Below are positions 27,137 through 35,577 of a DNA stretch of 64,000 nucleotides, piece by piece. Numbering within the stretch: position 1 is the first letter of the stretch; each line of letters opens with the position of its first letter. The position numbers and the translations under genes were made by a program. This DNA comes from a virus. The stretch lies in the IMG/VR virus record IMGVR_UViG_3300043446_001144, positions 1 through 64,000 of that record; one strand, written 5' to 3'. The notes beneath the pieces were generated by a model. That model ran no database searches, was not told where the DNA came from, and saw only the letters and a program-made list of their open reading frames with translations.

Positions 27137-27699
27137 TGAACCACCACATATCTAAGACCATCTGTAACTGGATGAACTTCATGATTATATATAAAATTAG
27201 ATGGAAATATTAACAAATTGTTTTTTTCAGCCTTGAATCTGAGACCGAATCGTTTAAAAGATACGTCTCCACCTTCGTAATCTTCATTTAAGTAATAAGT
27301 TAAAGATATTCTTCTAGTAAAAAATGGGTGGTCATCGATATGGTCATGGAATTTCTGTTCTTTTCCATATCTTAACAACTGTGGATTTTCAAAAGTTTCT
27401 ATTTTTGCGTAGTAAGCATTTAAGTATTGTTCTAAGCATGGTTTCATGTTTTTATGAAATTCTTTTGTAAATTCTGTTAAAATTCCATCATCATTTGCTT
27501 CATGATGAGGGAGCATTATAAGGTCAGTGTCTCTTGCTTTGTGATTTGTTCCAGAAACATGCTCATTTTCATTAACCAGTACTTCTGCTTCTCTCCATGA
27601 TATTTTGGAATCTTGTATTCTTTTTATATATTCCATTGAATTTGTAAAAATTTTTTCAAATACAACAATTCCTGGCGCTAATTCTTTCACAGTTACCAC
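27124..27699 (-). CDS. Prolyl-4-hydroxylase-like 2OG-Fe(II) oxygenase
   Basis: QLLRY...HDHIDD...YYLNEDYEGG...IFPS...HEVHPVTDGLRYVVVQW. Confidence 0.88.
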   Translation of the reverse strand: MVTVKELAPGIVVFEKIFTNSMEYIKRIQDSKISWREAEVLVNENEHVSGTNHKARDTDLIMLPHHEANDDGILTEFTKEFHKNMKPCLEQYLNAYYAKIETFENPQLLRYGKEQKFHDHIDDHPFFTRRISLTYYLNEDYEGGDVSFKRFGLRFKAEKNNLLIFPSNFIYNHEVHPVTDGLRYVVVQWMA

Positions 27700-27899
27700 T
27701 TACCTATTGGACAAGTAGCATCTTCAAGTTTTGTTTTTAAAGGCATAAAGCACCCACATTTTTTACATTGTTTTGTCAGTTGAATCAGATGTTCGCAAGT
27801 AGAACAACTATTCAGTCTTTCTTTAGCAAGTTCATCGCTCATTTTTGGTTTACTTGCGTTAAATAAATCCCACGGTCTAACCTTTTTTGGTGCTGTCAT
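27693..27899 (-). CDS. Small Cys-rich protein (DUF6171-like)
   Basis: RL..C..C...CKKCGCFM..K......CP.GKW. Confidence 0.75.
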   Translation of the reverse strand: MTAPKKVRPWDLFNASKPKMSDELAKERLNSCSTCEHLIQLTKQCKKCGCFMPLKTKLEDATCPIGKW

Positions 27900-28360
27900 A
27901 CGTTATGGCCTTTACTTTTTAAAAGTTCTTTTTGTTCATCTGTTAAATGAGTATGAACAACGGTACGTGGGTCAACCCAATTTTCTGGAGGAATAAAGTT
28001 ATTATCATTATCAACTGTCCATCCAGGTTCAACATATCTTTTTATACCTATGGTTTCAATAGGAGGTTTTGGTTCTCTAACAACTACAATAACTTTTGGT
28101 TCGCTTCGTAAAAGTGCGCTTATTAATTCAGAGCACTCTAAAGTCTCTACTACAGTCTCATTATTTAAAAAAGCAATTACAAATTTTCCTTCGTCAGATG
28201 GTGCTTCTACGACCTCATAACCTGCTGTAATAAGGTCGTAGAACCACACGAAGGTGCCCATGATATGGACGATAATGTCATCTATAGCAAACGCTATTAA
28301 TATCCCATCTTCTTTGTTATCTGGGTTTGTTGCTAACGAAATATCATTCATAGTAATCAT
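27896..28360 (-). CDS. Acidic hypothetical protein
   Basis: Leaderless start; VEPGW...FIPP motif seen in fibre-associated chaperone-like proteins. Confidence 0.65.
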   Translation of the reverse strand: MITMNDISLATNPDNKEDGILIAFAIDDIIVHIMGTFVWFYDLITAGYEVVEAPSDEGKFVIAFLNNETVVETLECSELISALLRSEPKVIVVVREPKPPIETIGIKRYVEPGWTVDNDNNFIPPENWVDPRTVVHTHLTDEQKELLKSKGHNV

Positions 28361-28366
28361 ATAGAT

Positions 28367-28375
28367 ATCCTATCA
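28367..28375 (-). promoter_or_regulatory. Extended -10 of a leaderless transcript (TG-A-TAGGAT-N6-ATG)
   Basis: Heads the five-gene oxygenase operon. Confidence 0.6.
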
Positions 28376-29098
28376 GCAGAAAGCAGCGGCACAGCCGATT
28401 ACGCATTGGCTACCACTGTTGCTGTAGCACCAATCGCATGAACCAACAGAACAGCCAGTCCAATACGCATCTGAAGCGGTGCACTTACACCCGTACCACG
28501 GACATTCTCCTGGAGGACATGGTCCAGAAGGAGTAACCGGTGGAGTAACTGGAGGAGTAACCGGTGGAGTAACCGGTGGAGTAACTGGAGGAGTAACCGG
28601 TGGAGTAACTGGAGGAGTAACAGGAGGAGTAACCGGTGGAGTAACTGGAGGAGTAACCGGTGGAGTAACTGGAGGAGTAACAGGAGGAGTAACCGGCGGA
28701 GTAACTGGAGGAGTAACCGGCGGAGTAACAGAGGTATCGTTTACTGTAATTGTAGAACTTGTGGCAACAATAGTCCCACTTGTAGAGGTAATTCGTAAGT
28801 TTGCCCTAAATGACTCTGTACCTTCTGTAGATGCGTCATTATTTAACGTGACTGAAAAAGAACCAGAATTATTAGTAATCGTTACAGAACTACCAGAACT
28901 AACAGCGTTAGCAGGGGAACTAAAGTCAGAGTTGTTTATCGTGCCTGTGATACCTTCAAGAGTCCAGTATAAAGTTCCAGTTCCAAAATTAGTTGTAGTT
29001 ATTGTAAAAGTTACTGTGCTACCTTCGTTTACTGAGGTTGTATTGGGCGAAATTGAATACGTAGGCGAAGCAAATATAGGCATTACGATGCCAGTCAT
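28373..29098 (-). CDS. Ig/Calx-beta-like domain + (VTPP)16 stalk + 10-Cys C-terminal peptide; putative virion-displayed protein
   Basis: SVNEGSTVTFTI...TEGTESF...TVNDTS; TAATG-coupled to the fibre gene. Confidence 0.75.
   Translation of the reverse strand: MTGIVMPIFASPTYSISPNTTSVNEGSTVTFTITTTNFGTGTLYWTLEGITGTINNSDFSSPANAVSSGSSVTITNNSGSFSVTLNNDASTEGTESFRANLRITSTSGTIVATSSTITVNDTSVTPPVTPPVTPPVTPPVTPPVTPPVTPPVTPPVTPPVTPPVTPPVTPPVTPPVTPPVTPPVTPPVTPSGPCPPGECPWYGCKCTASDAYWTGCSVGSCDWCYSNSGSQCVIGCAAAFC
28530..28729. repeat. 12-bp tandem repeat, 17 GGAGTAAC cores, coding VTPP
   Basis: Counted by hand; variation only at synonymous positions of the - strand frame. Confidence 0.95.
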
Positions 29099-30057
29099 TA
29101 TGTAAGGCCATTTCCGCTAGCAATCCATGTTGTGGAAGCAACTTTTAAAAGAGTGCACATACCATTAGAAGCCAGGGTTCTTGAACCCGTAGAACTGGTG
29201 TTTGCTAATCTTAAGGTGTCTGAGGTTATTGCTATCGTTGTACTAACGGTATCAGCATTTACAACTACTATCGTTGTACCTACTGGAAATGCCACAGAAC
29301 CATTAGACGGAATAGTAATTGTTTGTCCAGTAGTTGTAACGTAGATGTGTTTACCAGCATCTGATGCAGCAAGTGTTATCCCTGTTCCAGTGCTGTTTTG
29401 AGGCATGCCCATGTAACCAGCACCAGAGGTTGCTGTCGTAGTGGTTCCTGCTGCAGGAGTAATGGTTGGTCCAGTTCCAAATACAAGTGAGCCGGAACCA
29501 GTCTCATCTGTCACTGCAGAAGCAAGATTAGACGAGGAGGGTGTTCCAAGCCAGGTTGCAATTCCTGTGCCAAAAGACGTAATTCCAGTTCCACCATTTG
29601 CTACCGGTAATGTTCCAGAAATTCCTGTAGTTAAAGGTAGTCCAGTGCAACTTGATAAAGTTCCGCTTGATGGAGTCCCAAGTGCTCCACCATTGGTTAC
29701 AAAAGCACCTGATGAGCCAACGCTTACTCCTAGTGCAGTAGCAACACCTGTTCCAAAAGAAGCAATACCAGTTCCGCCGTTAACAACTGGTAGGACATTA
29801 GTTCCGCCAATCTTGTCATACACATTTTTTAAACCATATTCAAGGTTATTAACACGGGCTTTTACGGTAGCCCATGACGTTGTTGTCGAATCAAATGAGC
29901 CAATCCAGCCAGAACTAACTGTGGGTGATGTTCCTAAAGCGGTCTGTACCGCAACAGTTTCTTCTTGAAGAGAGTTTACGTGGTCAGCAATGACCGTATC
30001 AACAAAGTCTACTTTAGTTACAAAGGACTTTACATTGGAGGGGTAAGACGCTGCCAT
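29098..30057 (-). CDS. Tail fibre/adaptor protein
   Basis: MAASYP...ADHVNSLQEE N-terminal anchor, repeated LPVxNGGTG, C-terminal FPVGT...WIASGNGLT domain. Confidence 0.75.
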   Translation of the reverse strand: MAASYPSNVKSFVTKVDFVDTVIADHVNSLQEETVAVQTALGTSPTVSSGWIGSFDSTTTSWATVKARVNNLEYGLKNVYDKIGGTNVLPVVNGGTGIASFGTGVATALGVSVGSSGAFVTNGGALGTPSSGTLSSCTGLPLTTGISGTLPVANGGTGITSFGTGIATWLGTPSSSNLASAVTDETGSGSLVFGTGPTITPAAGTTTTATSGAGYMGMPQNSTGTGITLAASDAGKHIYVTTTGQTITIPSNGSVAFPVGTTIVVVNADTVSTTIAITSDTLRLANTSSTGSRTLASNGMCTLLKVASTTWIASGNGLT

Positions 30058-30121
30058 AACCTCTTCTTTCTAATAATTCCCCCCTATTTTCGTCGGTTTG
30101 CCTTAAATTTATTGGCTGAAC

Positions 30122-30817
30122 TCACGCTATCTGGTTAACCGTCACTATCACAGACGGGACCGCAGGGTAGGGAGACGCGGCAGGCCTATTCTCAAGTCTT
30201 ATGTTGGCGTTATCATTAGACCAAAAGACCTGGAAATAATCGTCTGCCTTCATATACTCAAACAAATTAACAGTCATTACCTGGTATTCATTACTGCCTA
30301 CTACTATCGAAGTGGCTGAGTTGTCTATGGCTGTACCATTTTTAGCAAACCAAAGATAAGCCGATTGTCCTGCTCCTCCGCCTCCTGTGTTATGGATTTG
30401 AGCAGAAAACTGAATGTTGTAAGTAGCAGGTTCTTCAATAACGAGTTTGGAAGAGTCTTTTAAAAACACTCCCTCTTCAAAAAAGGCTGTAGTCAAAGGT
30501 ACCGCTGTACCAACTCCTGGAGTAGCCGTTAAATCTCCAGTATTACACCAAGACCCGTATGCCATCAATCCTTGAGGGTCTTCTCCAAACTCTCCAATCC
30601 ATACTGGATATTCCGGATTTCCTCCTATGTACATCACCCATGTACCAGTACCTACTGCTGGAGGACGTTTTGTCGAGAGTACAGGCCAAATCCAATCAGT
30701 TACTTGGTCTCCTGTAATTTGGGGAACCACTACTCGTATGCGTCGTAAATGTTTGGGGTCCTTGTTGTACTTTACGACTGCTCGATAGACTCCCTCGTAA
30801 CGTGGTACTAAATCCAT
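30122..30817 (-). CDS. Baseplate spike (gp5/gpV OB-fold) with C1q/TNF-like C-terminal domain
   Basis: GVYRAVV...DP..L.RIRV.VPQ...W...P.VG..WV.Y.GG.PEYPVW.G; YNIQFSAQI. Confidence 0.8.
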   Translation of the reverse strand: MDLVPRYEGVYRAVVKYNKDPKHLRRIRVVVPQITGDQVTDWIWPVLSTKRPPAVGTGTWVMYIGGNPEYPVWIGEFGEDPQGLMAYGSWCNTGDLTATPGVGTAVPLTTAFFEEGVFLKDSSKLVIEEPATYNIQFSAQIHNTGGGGAGQSAYLWFAKNGTAIDNSATSIVVGSNEYQVMTVNLFEYMKADDYFQVFWSNDNANIRLENRPAASPYPAVPSVIVTVNQIA

Positions 30818-30818
30818 A

Positions 30819-32363
30819 TTAGATTTCTGTCAAAGTTAAATTTGCCTCAGAAAATCTGAAAATTTCATCAGCCTGTCCTACAAGAGTTGTTAAATCAGAC
30901 AAGTCTCCGTCTCTGTAGAGTGCTGTTACCTTTACTGTTTTAACTCCAGGAGTTTGAATTAATACAAACTCAATATCTTGTGGGTATATCGTATCCTGAA
31001 ACGACAGATTTACATAATTGAACCCTGATAGTAACGCACTCTTTAATCCTGCTTCTACTTCAACAGCAGTATACTGCGGTAATCTAACATACTCAAGATT
31101 CAGTATTGCGTCGATATAATCCGGTGGTTGAACAGTTACTGTTGTTCCAATTAAAAGTTTGTCTTCAAGAAATGTCTCCACATCTCCTTTAAGGCGAGTG
31201 TATTCCTCTGTTGGAGTTCCAGTGCCGTCAAGTCCTGGGGCATCATCGGTGTCCACCGCACTTCTACTTGGAGCAATGTACAACGATATTGACGTCCATA
31301 CTGAAGCATAAGCATTTGCTTTGCCCACACCACTTACACTTAATGCTAAATCAGAAAAATCTTTTAATGTAACTGCACGGTTTCCAGAACGAAGAGATGC
31401 AGGAGCAGAGACACGAATTTGGTCATTAGTTTCTGGGTCTGCACCACCAATTGCAGCCTCAAGATTATCTACGGAAATAACGCTTTGAATAGCAGTTGTT
31501 TGTGACTCTGATAATCCCGGTATATACTCAATAGTTGTTAGAGTTGATGCTGGAACATTTCCTAATGAACCAGAGCCAACTGTATACTCAACACGAATTT
31601 CTGATAGTAGAGTAGGTATTGCTCCAGAAATACCGTCACCAAAGTTAACAGTTACTACGTTATTTTCATCTGTTGAAACTGTAAACACTAGGTCTGTTGG
31701 GTCATAGTCCATAATATGTTGAACTTGTGTCCATTTAGAATAAGATGACCCATCTTGTACGTAAACTTGAACACTACCATCTACGACAGAGGTTTGGCTT
31801 AATTCAAATATTTGTTCAGGAAGTCCTGATGAAGTTCCCAAAAGTTCTCCAAATGAATTAGTGTTGGTTGATACGCGTTGAATAGAGCGTCCTTCTACTG
31901 CTCCGACTACCTCTTGTCCTGATGCTGAAACTATTACATCTGCTTGAGTAGAAAAGTAGATAGTTTGAACAGTGTCTCCAAGAGTTATATCAGCAGATAT
32001 GACTGTTCCTTCTGAAAGAGTCACCGTGGTTGACGAAGTATTGGTAAAAGTTAGGTCTACATATGCTTGACGATATCCAGCAGGTATATACCCGTATGAT
32101 TGTGCAATATCAATAAGGCTCTCTCTTTGAATAGCCGTTTCTAAAAACGATTCGTTAGCAGTTCTGTCTATATAGTAGGAGATAATGTCTCCCATATACG
32201 AGAAGGCTTCGACTAATGCAACTCCAAAATCTGCTGGGTCAGAGGCTGTCCAATCAGGAATACGGTTCTGTATACGAGCAATTAATGCTTCACGCAAAGA
32301 ATAGTAGTCTCTATTGGTGTAATCAACTGAAACCGGTACGTTAGATGCTGGTGTTATACTCAT
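30819..32363 (-). CDS. Baseplate J-like wedge protein
   Basis: DYTNRDY...PDWT..DPADFG, FGDG, GGADPET, RAVTLKDF. Confidence 0.92.
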   Translation of the reverse strand: MSITPASNVPVSVDYTNRDYYSLREALIARIQNRIPDWTASDPADFGVALVEAFSYMGDIISYYIDRTANESFLETAIQRESLIDIAQSYGYIPAGYRQAYVDLTFTNTSSTTVTLSEGTVISADITLGDTVQTIYFSTQADVIVSASGQEVVGAVEGRSIQRVSTNTNSFGELLGTSSGLPEQIFELSQTSVVDGSVQVYVQDGSSYSKWTQVQHIMDYDPTDLVFTVSTDENNVVTVNFGDGISGAIPTLLSEIRVEYTVGSGSLGNVPASTLTTIEYIPGLSESQTTAIQSVISVDNLEAAIGGADPETNDQIRVSAPASLRSGNRAVTLKDFSDLALSVSGVGKANAYASVWTSISLYIAPSRSAVDTDDAPGLDGTGTPTEEYTRLKGDVETFLEDKLLIGTTVTVQPPDYIDAILNLEYVRLPQYTAVEVEAGLKSALLSGFNYVNLSFQDTIYPQDIEFVLIQTPGVKTVKVTALYRDGDLSDLTTLVGQADEIFRFSEANLTLTEI

Positions 32364-32761
32364 AATATCTCCTCATATACTGGTGATTTTCCTCTTAATA
32401 CAACTATGCCAACGTCTGTTGTAATAATTTGGTCATTTGGAAGCGCGTATACTACCGATGTCTTTATGACATTGTTTACATCGTCAAACTCCGCAGTCAC
32501 TTCTTGAAGAGACAGCGTTGGCAAGAACTTTAAAAATGCACTTTTTACTTCGGACTCAATCTCTGTAGAGGCCGCTTCGCTAGTCTCAAAAAGCGCAAAC
32601 GGGATTACAGTACCAAAATTTGGCCTCATTACCCGCTCTCTAAGAGAGGTTCCAATTACTGATTTAACTCTATCCGCCCAAATTTTAGGTTGTTCTATAG
32701 TTGAACCTATTTTTCCGTATAAGTCTACAGTGAACGGCAGAGTAATAGCCACTTCAGGCAT
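32360..32761 (-). CDS. gp25/GPW baseplate protein
   Basis: ERVMRPNFGT...LFE; ATG 32761 (TAATG). Confidence 0.9.
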   Translation of the reverse strand: MPEVAITLPFTVDLYGKIGSTIEQPKIWADRVKSVIGTSLRERVMRPNFGTVIPFALFETSEAASTEIESEVKSAFLKFLPTLSLQEVTAEFDDVNNVIKTSVVYALPNDQIITTDVGIVVLRGKSPVYEEIL

Positions 32762-34014
32762 TAACGAGCCTCCCATCGTCTAGGACTTATTTTAAATCCT
32801 GTGTTTGCTTCACTGATTATTGTACTTGAAGCACTCAGTGTAGAATAGGTGGGCTTTCCTTGTGTTGCGGAAGTAAGTTCGTAGGACACATTTCGATATG
32901 GAATAGTCCCGGTATCTAGACCTCTTTTACCTGACTCTTGTCTGTCTACACCATCAGTTAGACAGGTAAACTCAACTATATATCGATAATTAGCAAACAT
33001 AGTGTGATGCGCTGTTTCGATAACCCAAAGACCATTAGCCGCATTCTCTGTTCCAGATATTAAAACAGTTCTCCACGGAGCAATTCTTGGGTCTCCTTGA
33101 CCGCCGCCTTTTGCCATTATAGATAACCTTGATTTTTCTGCCTTCGCTTTTGCCATTTCTTGTGTCATAGAATTGCTAGCAGTAACTGTTCTTGTTTCAA
33201 TTTGAGAAAACAATGGTTCTTTAACATTTTTCCTTAACTTTTCACCCGTCTTACTAGGGGACACACTGCTTCCATACACTTTTGCAGTATAGGGGTCTAC
33301 GCTTTTTACAATTTTTTCAGTTCTTCTATGGCGTTTATTTTCTAAAAAATCACCTATTTTTGGTTCAAAATACTCTAATGTTCTTGCCTCATGAACTGTG
33401 TCCGGACCAGCGCCGTAATCAAGAATAGTCAGTGAAGGAACTGTCGTTAAAAATTTATCAATCATGATATCAACGGGGTGACAATGAAGTTCAGTTCCTT
33501 GCATTTGTAACCCGTACCCAATTATGTCTGCTAATTCATTGGCCTTTTCCCAATAGGAGTGCCCAGCCATAGATTGTTGTCCAAAACGTGTTGGATGTGG
33601 AGTTACCACGGGTTTCAATTTAAACTTCAATGCAATTTCTTCAATTACTTCTGTGGCAGTTTTATTTACCCAAATATTATAGCCACTTTCTTTTAATACA
33701 AAAGATGCTCCAAGAAAAGTTAAAGTTGTTCGTCTTTTACGTTCTACTGACGATGTGTAAGTACTGTCGTATTTATAACCTTTAAAATTACCTGAAACTT
33801 TGTCATTTTTCCATGACACCTCTACTAATGCTCCTGTTGTAAGAGCATCCAACATATACGTGATTGTGTCAGGATAATGAATTTTTAAAATATCATGTTT
33901 TCCCATTGCTTGTATCAATTCAATTTTATGAGGTTGCAAATCAAAACTTGGAAAATCAGGAAAAGTTACTGTGAAAAAGTTCCCCTGAACAAGTTGTCTT
34001 CTTGGGTCACGCAT
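32761..34014 (-). CDS. Baseplate hub (gpD/gp27-like)
   Basis: Position and size; Q...SYWE..NELA..IG, GQGDPRI.P..TV.I.G....G.W.I....H. Confidence 0.78.
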   Translation of the reverse strand: MRDPRRQLVQGNFFTVTFPDFPSFDLQPHKIELIQAMGKHDILKIHYPDTITYMLDALTTGALVEVSWKNDKVSGNFKGYKYDSTYTSSVERKRRTTLTFLGASFVLKESGYNIWVNKTATEVIEEIALKFKLKPVVTPHPTRFGQQSMAGHSYWEKANELADIIGYGLQMQGTELHCHPVDIMIDKFLTTVPSLTILDYGAGPDTVHEARTLEYFEPKIGDFLENKRHRRTEKIVKSVDPYTAKVYGSSVSPSKTGEKLRKNVKEPLFSQIETRTVTASNSMTQEMAKAKAEKSRLSIMAKGGGQGDPRIAPWRTVLISGTENAANGLWVIETAHHTMFANYRYIVEFTCLTDGVDRQESGKRGLDTGTIPYRNVSYELTSATQGKPTYSTLSASSTIISEANTGFKISPRRWEAR

Positions 34015-34282
34015 TTGGAATCCTTAGTTGAGTTCCAGGGGCAATAGATGTGGCGTCTAAAATTTCCGGATTAATGTCAAGTATTTTCCACCACAATGAG
34101 GGATTTCCTAAAAGTTTCCACGCCAGAGTGTCTAATCGGTCAGTTTCTACCCACTCATAGACAGAATATCGAGTGGAGTATGTAGGCCATTCCCTAAATA
34201 CTGCTACTGTGTAATTACTTGTTCTAGCATCCCACGCACGTTCTAAGGGACCGTCCGCATACCTACTGTCTAAATAAATCAT
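34007..34282 (-). CDS. LysM/tail X (gp53-like) protein
   Basis: DRLDTLAW..LG.P.LWW.I.D.NP...PGTQLRIP. Confidence 0.85.
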   Translation of the reverse strand: MIYLDSRYADGPLERAWDARTSNYTVAVFREWPTYSTRYSVYEWVETDRLDTLAWKLLGNPSLWWKILDINPEILDATSIAPGTQLRIPNA

Positions 34283-35577
34283 AACATTCCCTGAACTCTT
34301 CCTCCACCAGAATTTGTGGCATCTCTGTAGTCCTCTGTTGCAGGAAGGTCTGGCAAACGTTTACAAATGAAGTCTACTGTTGAAAATATAGGAACCATTC
34401 TTTCATTAAAGATTTTATGGTCAACGTTTATTTGGGTTACACGCACTAAATACCTAAGACCACTTCCTAAGTGCAATTCTACAGGAAAAGAATTCAACCA
34501 TCCCAAGTCTGCTGTATTACCATTCAAATTTGAATTGTATTCAACATTTTTTCCATTTACGGCTTTAAACAGATACTCAAGGTCAAGCATAGTTCCGCGA
34601 GTGTATATGCCATCCGCATCTATTGATTCAACAGGAAATGGGTACGGGTTTCCTATAATTCCTCCACCTTTGGTAACATGATTCATATCCAACATTCTGT
34701 TTAAAATAACAGAAAAAGTTATACTGCTATTCATAGCAGCGTCTGTTATAGGAGAGGCTCTAAAACTTCCGGCAGTAAACTTAGCAATGTCAACCTCACT
34801 GCCTACTCCCCATGACATAGAAACTGTTGTTGGATTGTACAAAAATCTAAACCCATGAACAACACTGTCTTCTGTTACTGGTTTTGCCTTACTGTTTACT
34901 AATTGGTTGTAGTACGGATAACTTCTACTCATTTGAATTACGCCTTTGGAGCCTCGACTAACTCTCCAAGCGTCCATAGCATCGTCCCAAGTTCCTGGGT
35001 TACCTACAGGCATTAATCCATCTTGTTGTTGCAGTCCTACAGGATTTAGATAGGCTGCTTTTACCATTGGAGGGTTATATTTCCACTGCAATAAAGGACC
35101 AGCAGTTATAGCCTCCGGAGCAGCAGTAGCATCGGTGTTACTTGTGTCTGGATTTGTAATTTTGTTTTTTAAGTTACTGCCGGTGCTTAGTTGATAATTT
35201 CCAACAGGCTTTATTCCATATAACAGAATTGTTAATTGAGTTTTAGCAGCATTTAAATCAGCAGATACTGTTTTTAATTTTGCTTTTTTTGTTGTTCTGT
35301 TTTTTGTGTACTGCTCAATTTGAGCAAAAGCGTTGTTTATGGCGGTAGAATTTGTAGATGTTTTTGTGATGTTTGTGTAATAAGCAATCTGTTCATCAAT
35401 AGTCTTAAGTTCAGACTGCAAAACTTTTTGTTGAGTTTCTAAATCTTTTATTGCTTTATTAGTATCAGCAATACTTTTTGCGTTTCTTTCACGAGCGCTT
35501 GTAGTTGACGGGGTAGTGTAGGACTGCCCAGAAGCAGAGGGTCTTTTGTATGACTTAGGGTCTAATCTTCCAGCCAT
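34279..35577 (-). CDS. Tail tube initiator-like protein with N-terminal coiled coil
   Basis: FRFLYNPTTV...F.ERMVP; position between tape measure and LysM genes. Confidence 0.65.
   Translation of the reverse strand: MAGRLDPKSYKRPSASGQSYTTPSTTSARERNAKSIADTNKAIKDLETQQKVLQSELKTIDEQIAYYTNITKTSTNSTAINNAFAQIEQYTKNRTTKKAKLKTVSADLNAAKTQLTILLYGIKPVGNYQLSTGSNLKNKITNPDTSNTDATAAPEAITAGPLLQWKYNPPMVKAAYLNPVGLQQQDGLMPVGNPGTWDDAMDAWRVSRGSKGVIQMSRSYPYYNQLVNSKAKPVTEDSVVHGFRFLYNPTTVSMSWGVGSEVDIAKFTAGSFRASPITDAAMNSSITFSVILNRMLDMNHVTKGGGIIGNPYPFPVESIDADGIYTRGTMLDLEYLFKAVNGKNVEYNSNLNGNTADLGWLNSFPVELHLGSGLRYLVRVTQINVDHKIFNERMVPIFSTVDFICKRLPDLPATEDYRDATNSGGGRVQGML

Noticed and set aside
28479-29968. + strand ORFs 28479-29105 (GGVT repeat) and 29441-29968
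   Set aside because: Antisense shadows; variation is synonymous in the - strand frame, which has coupled starts and recognisable domains.
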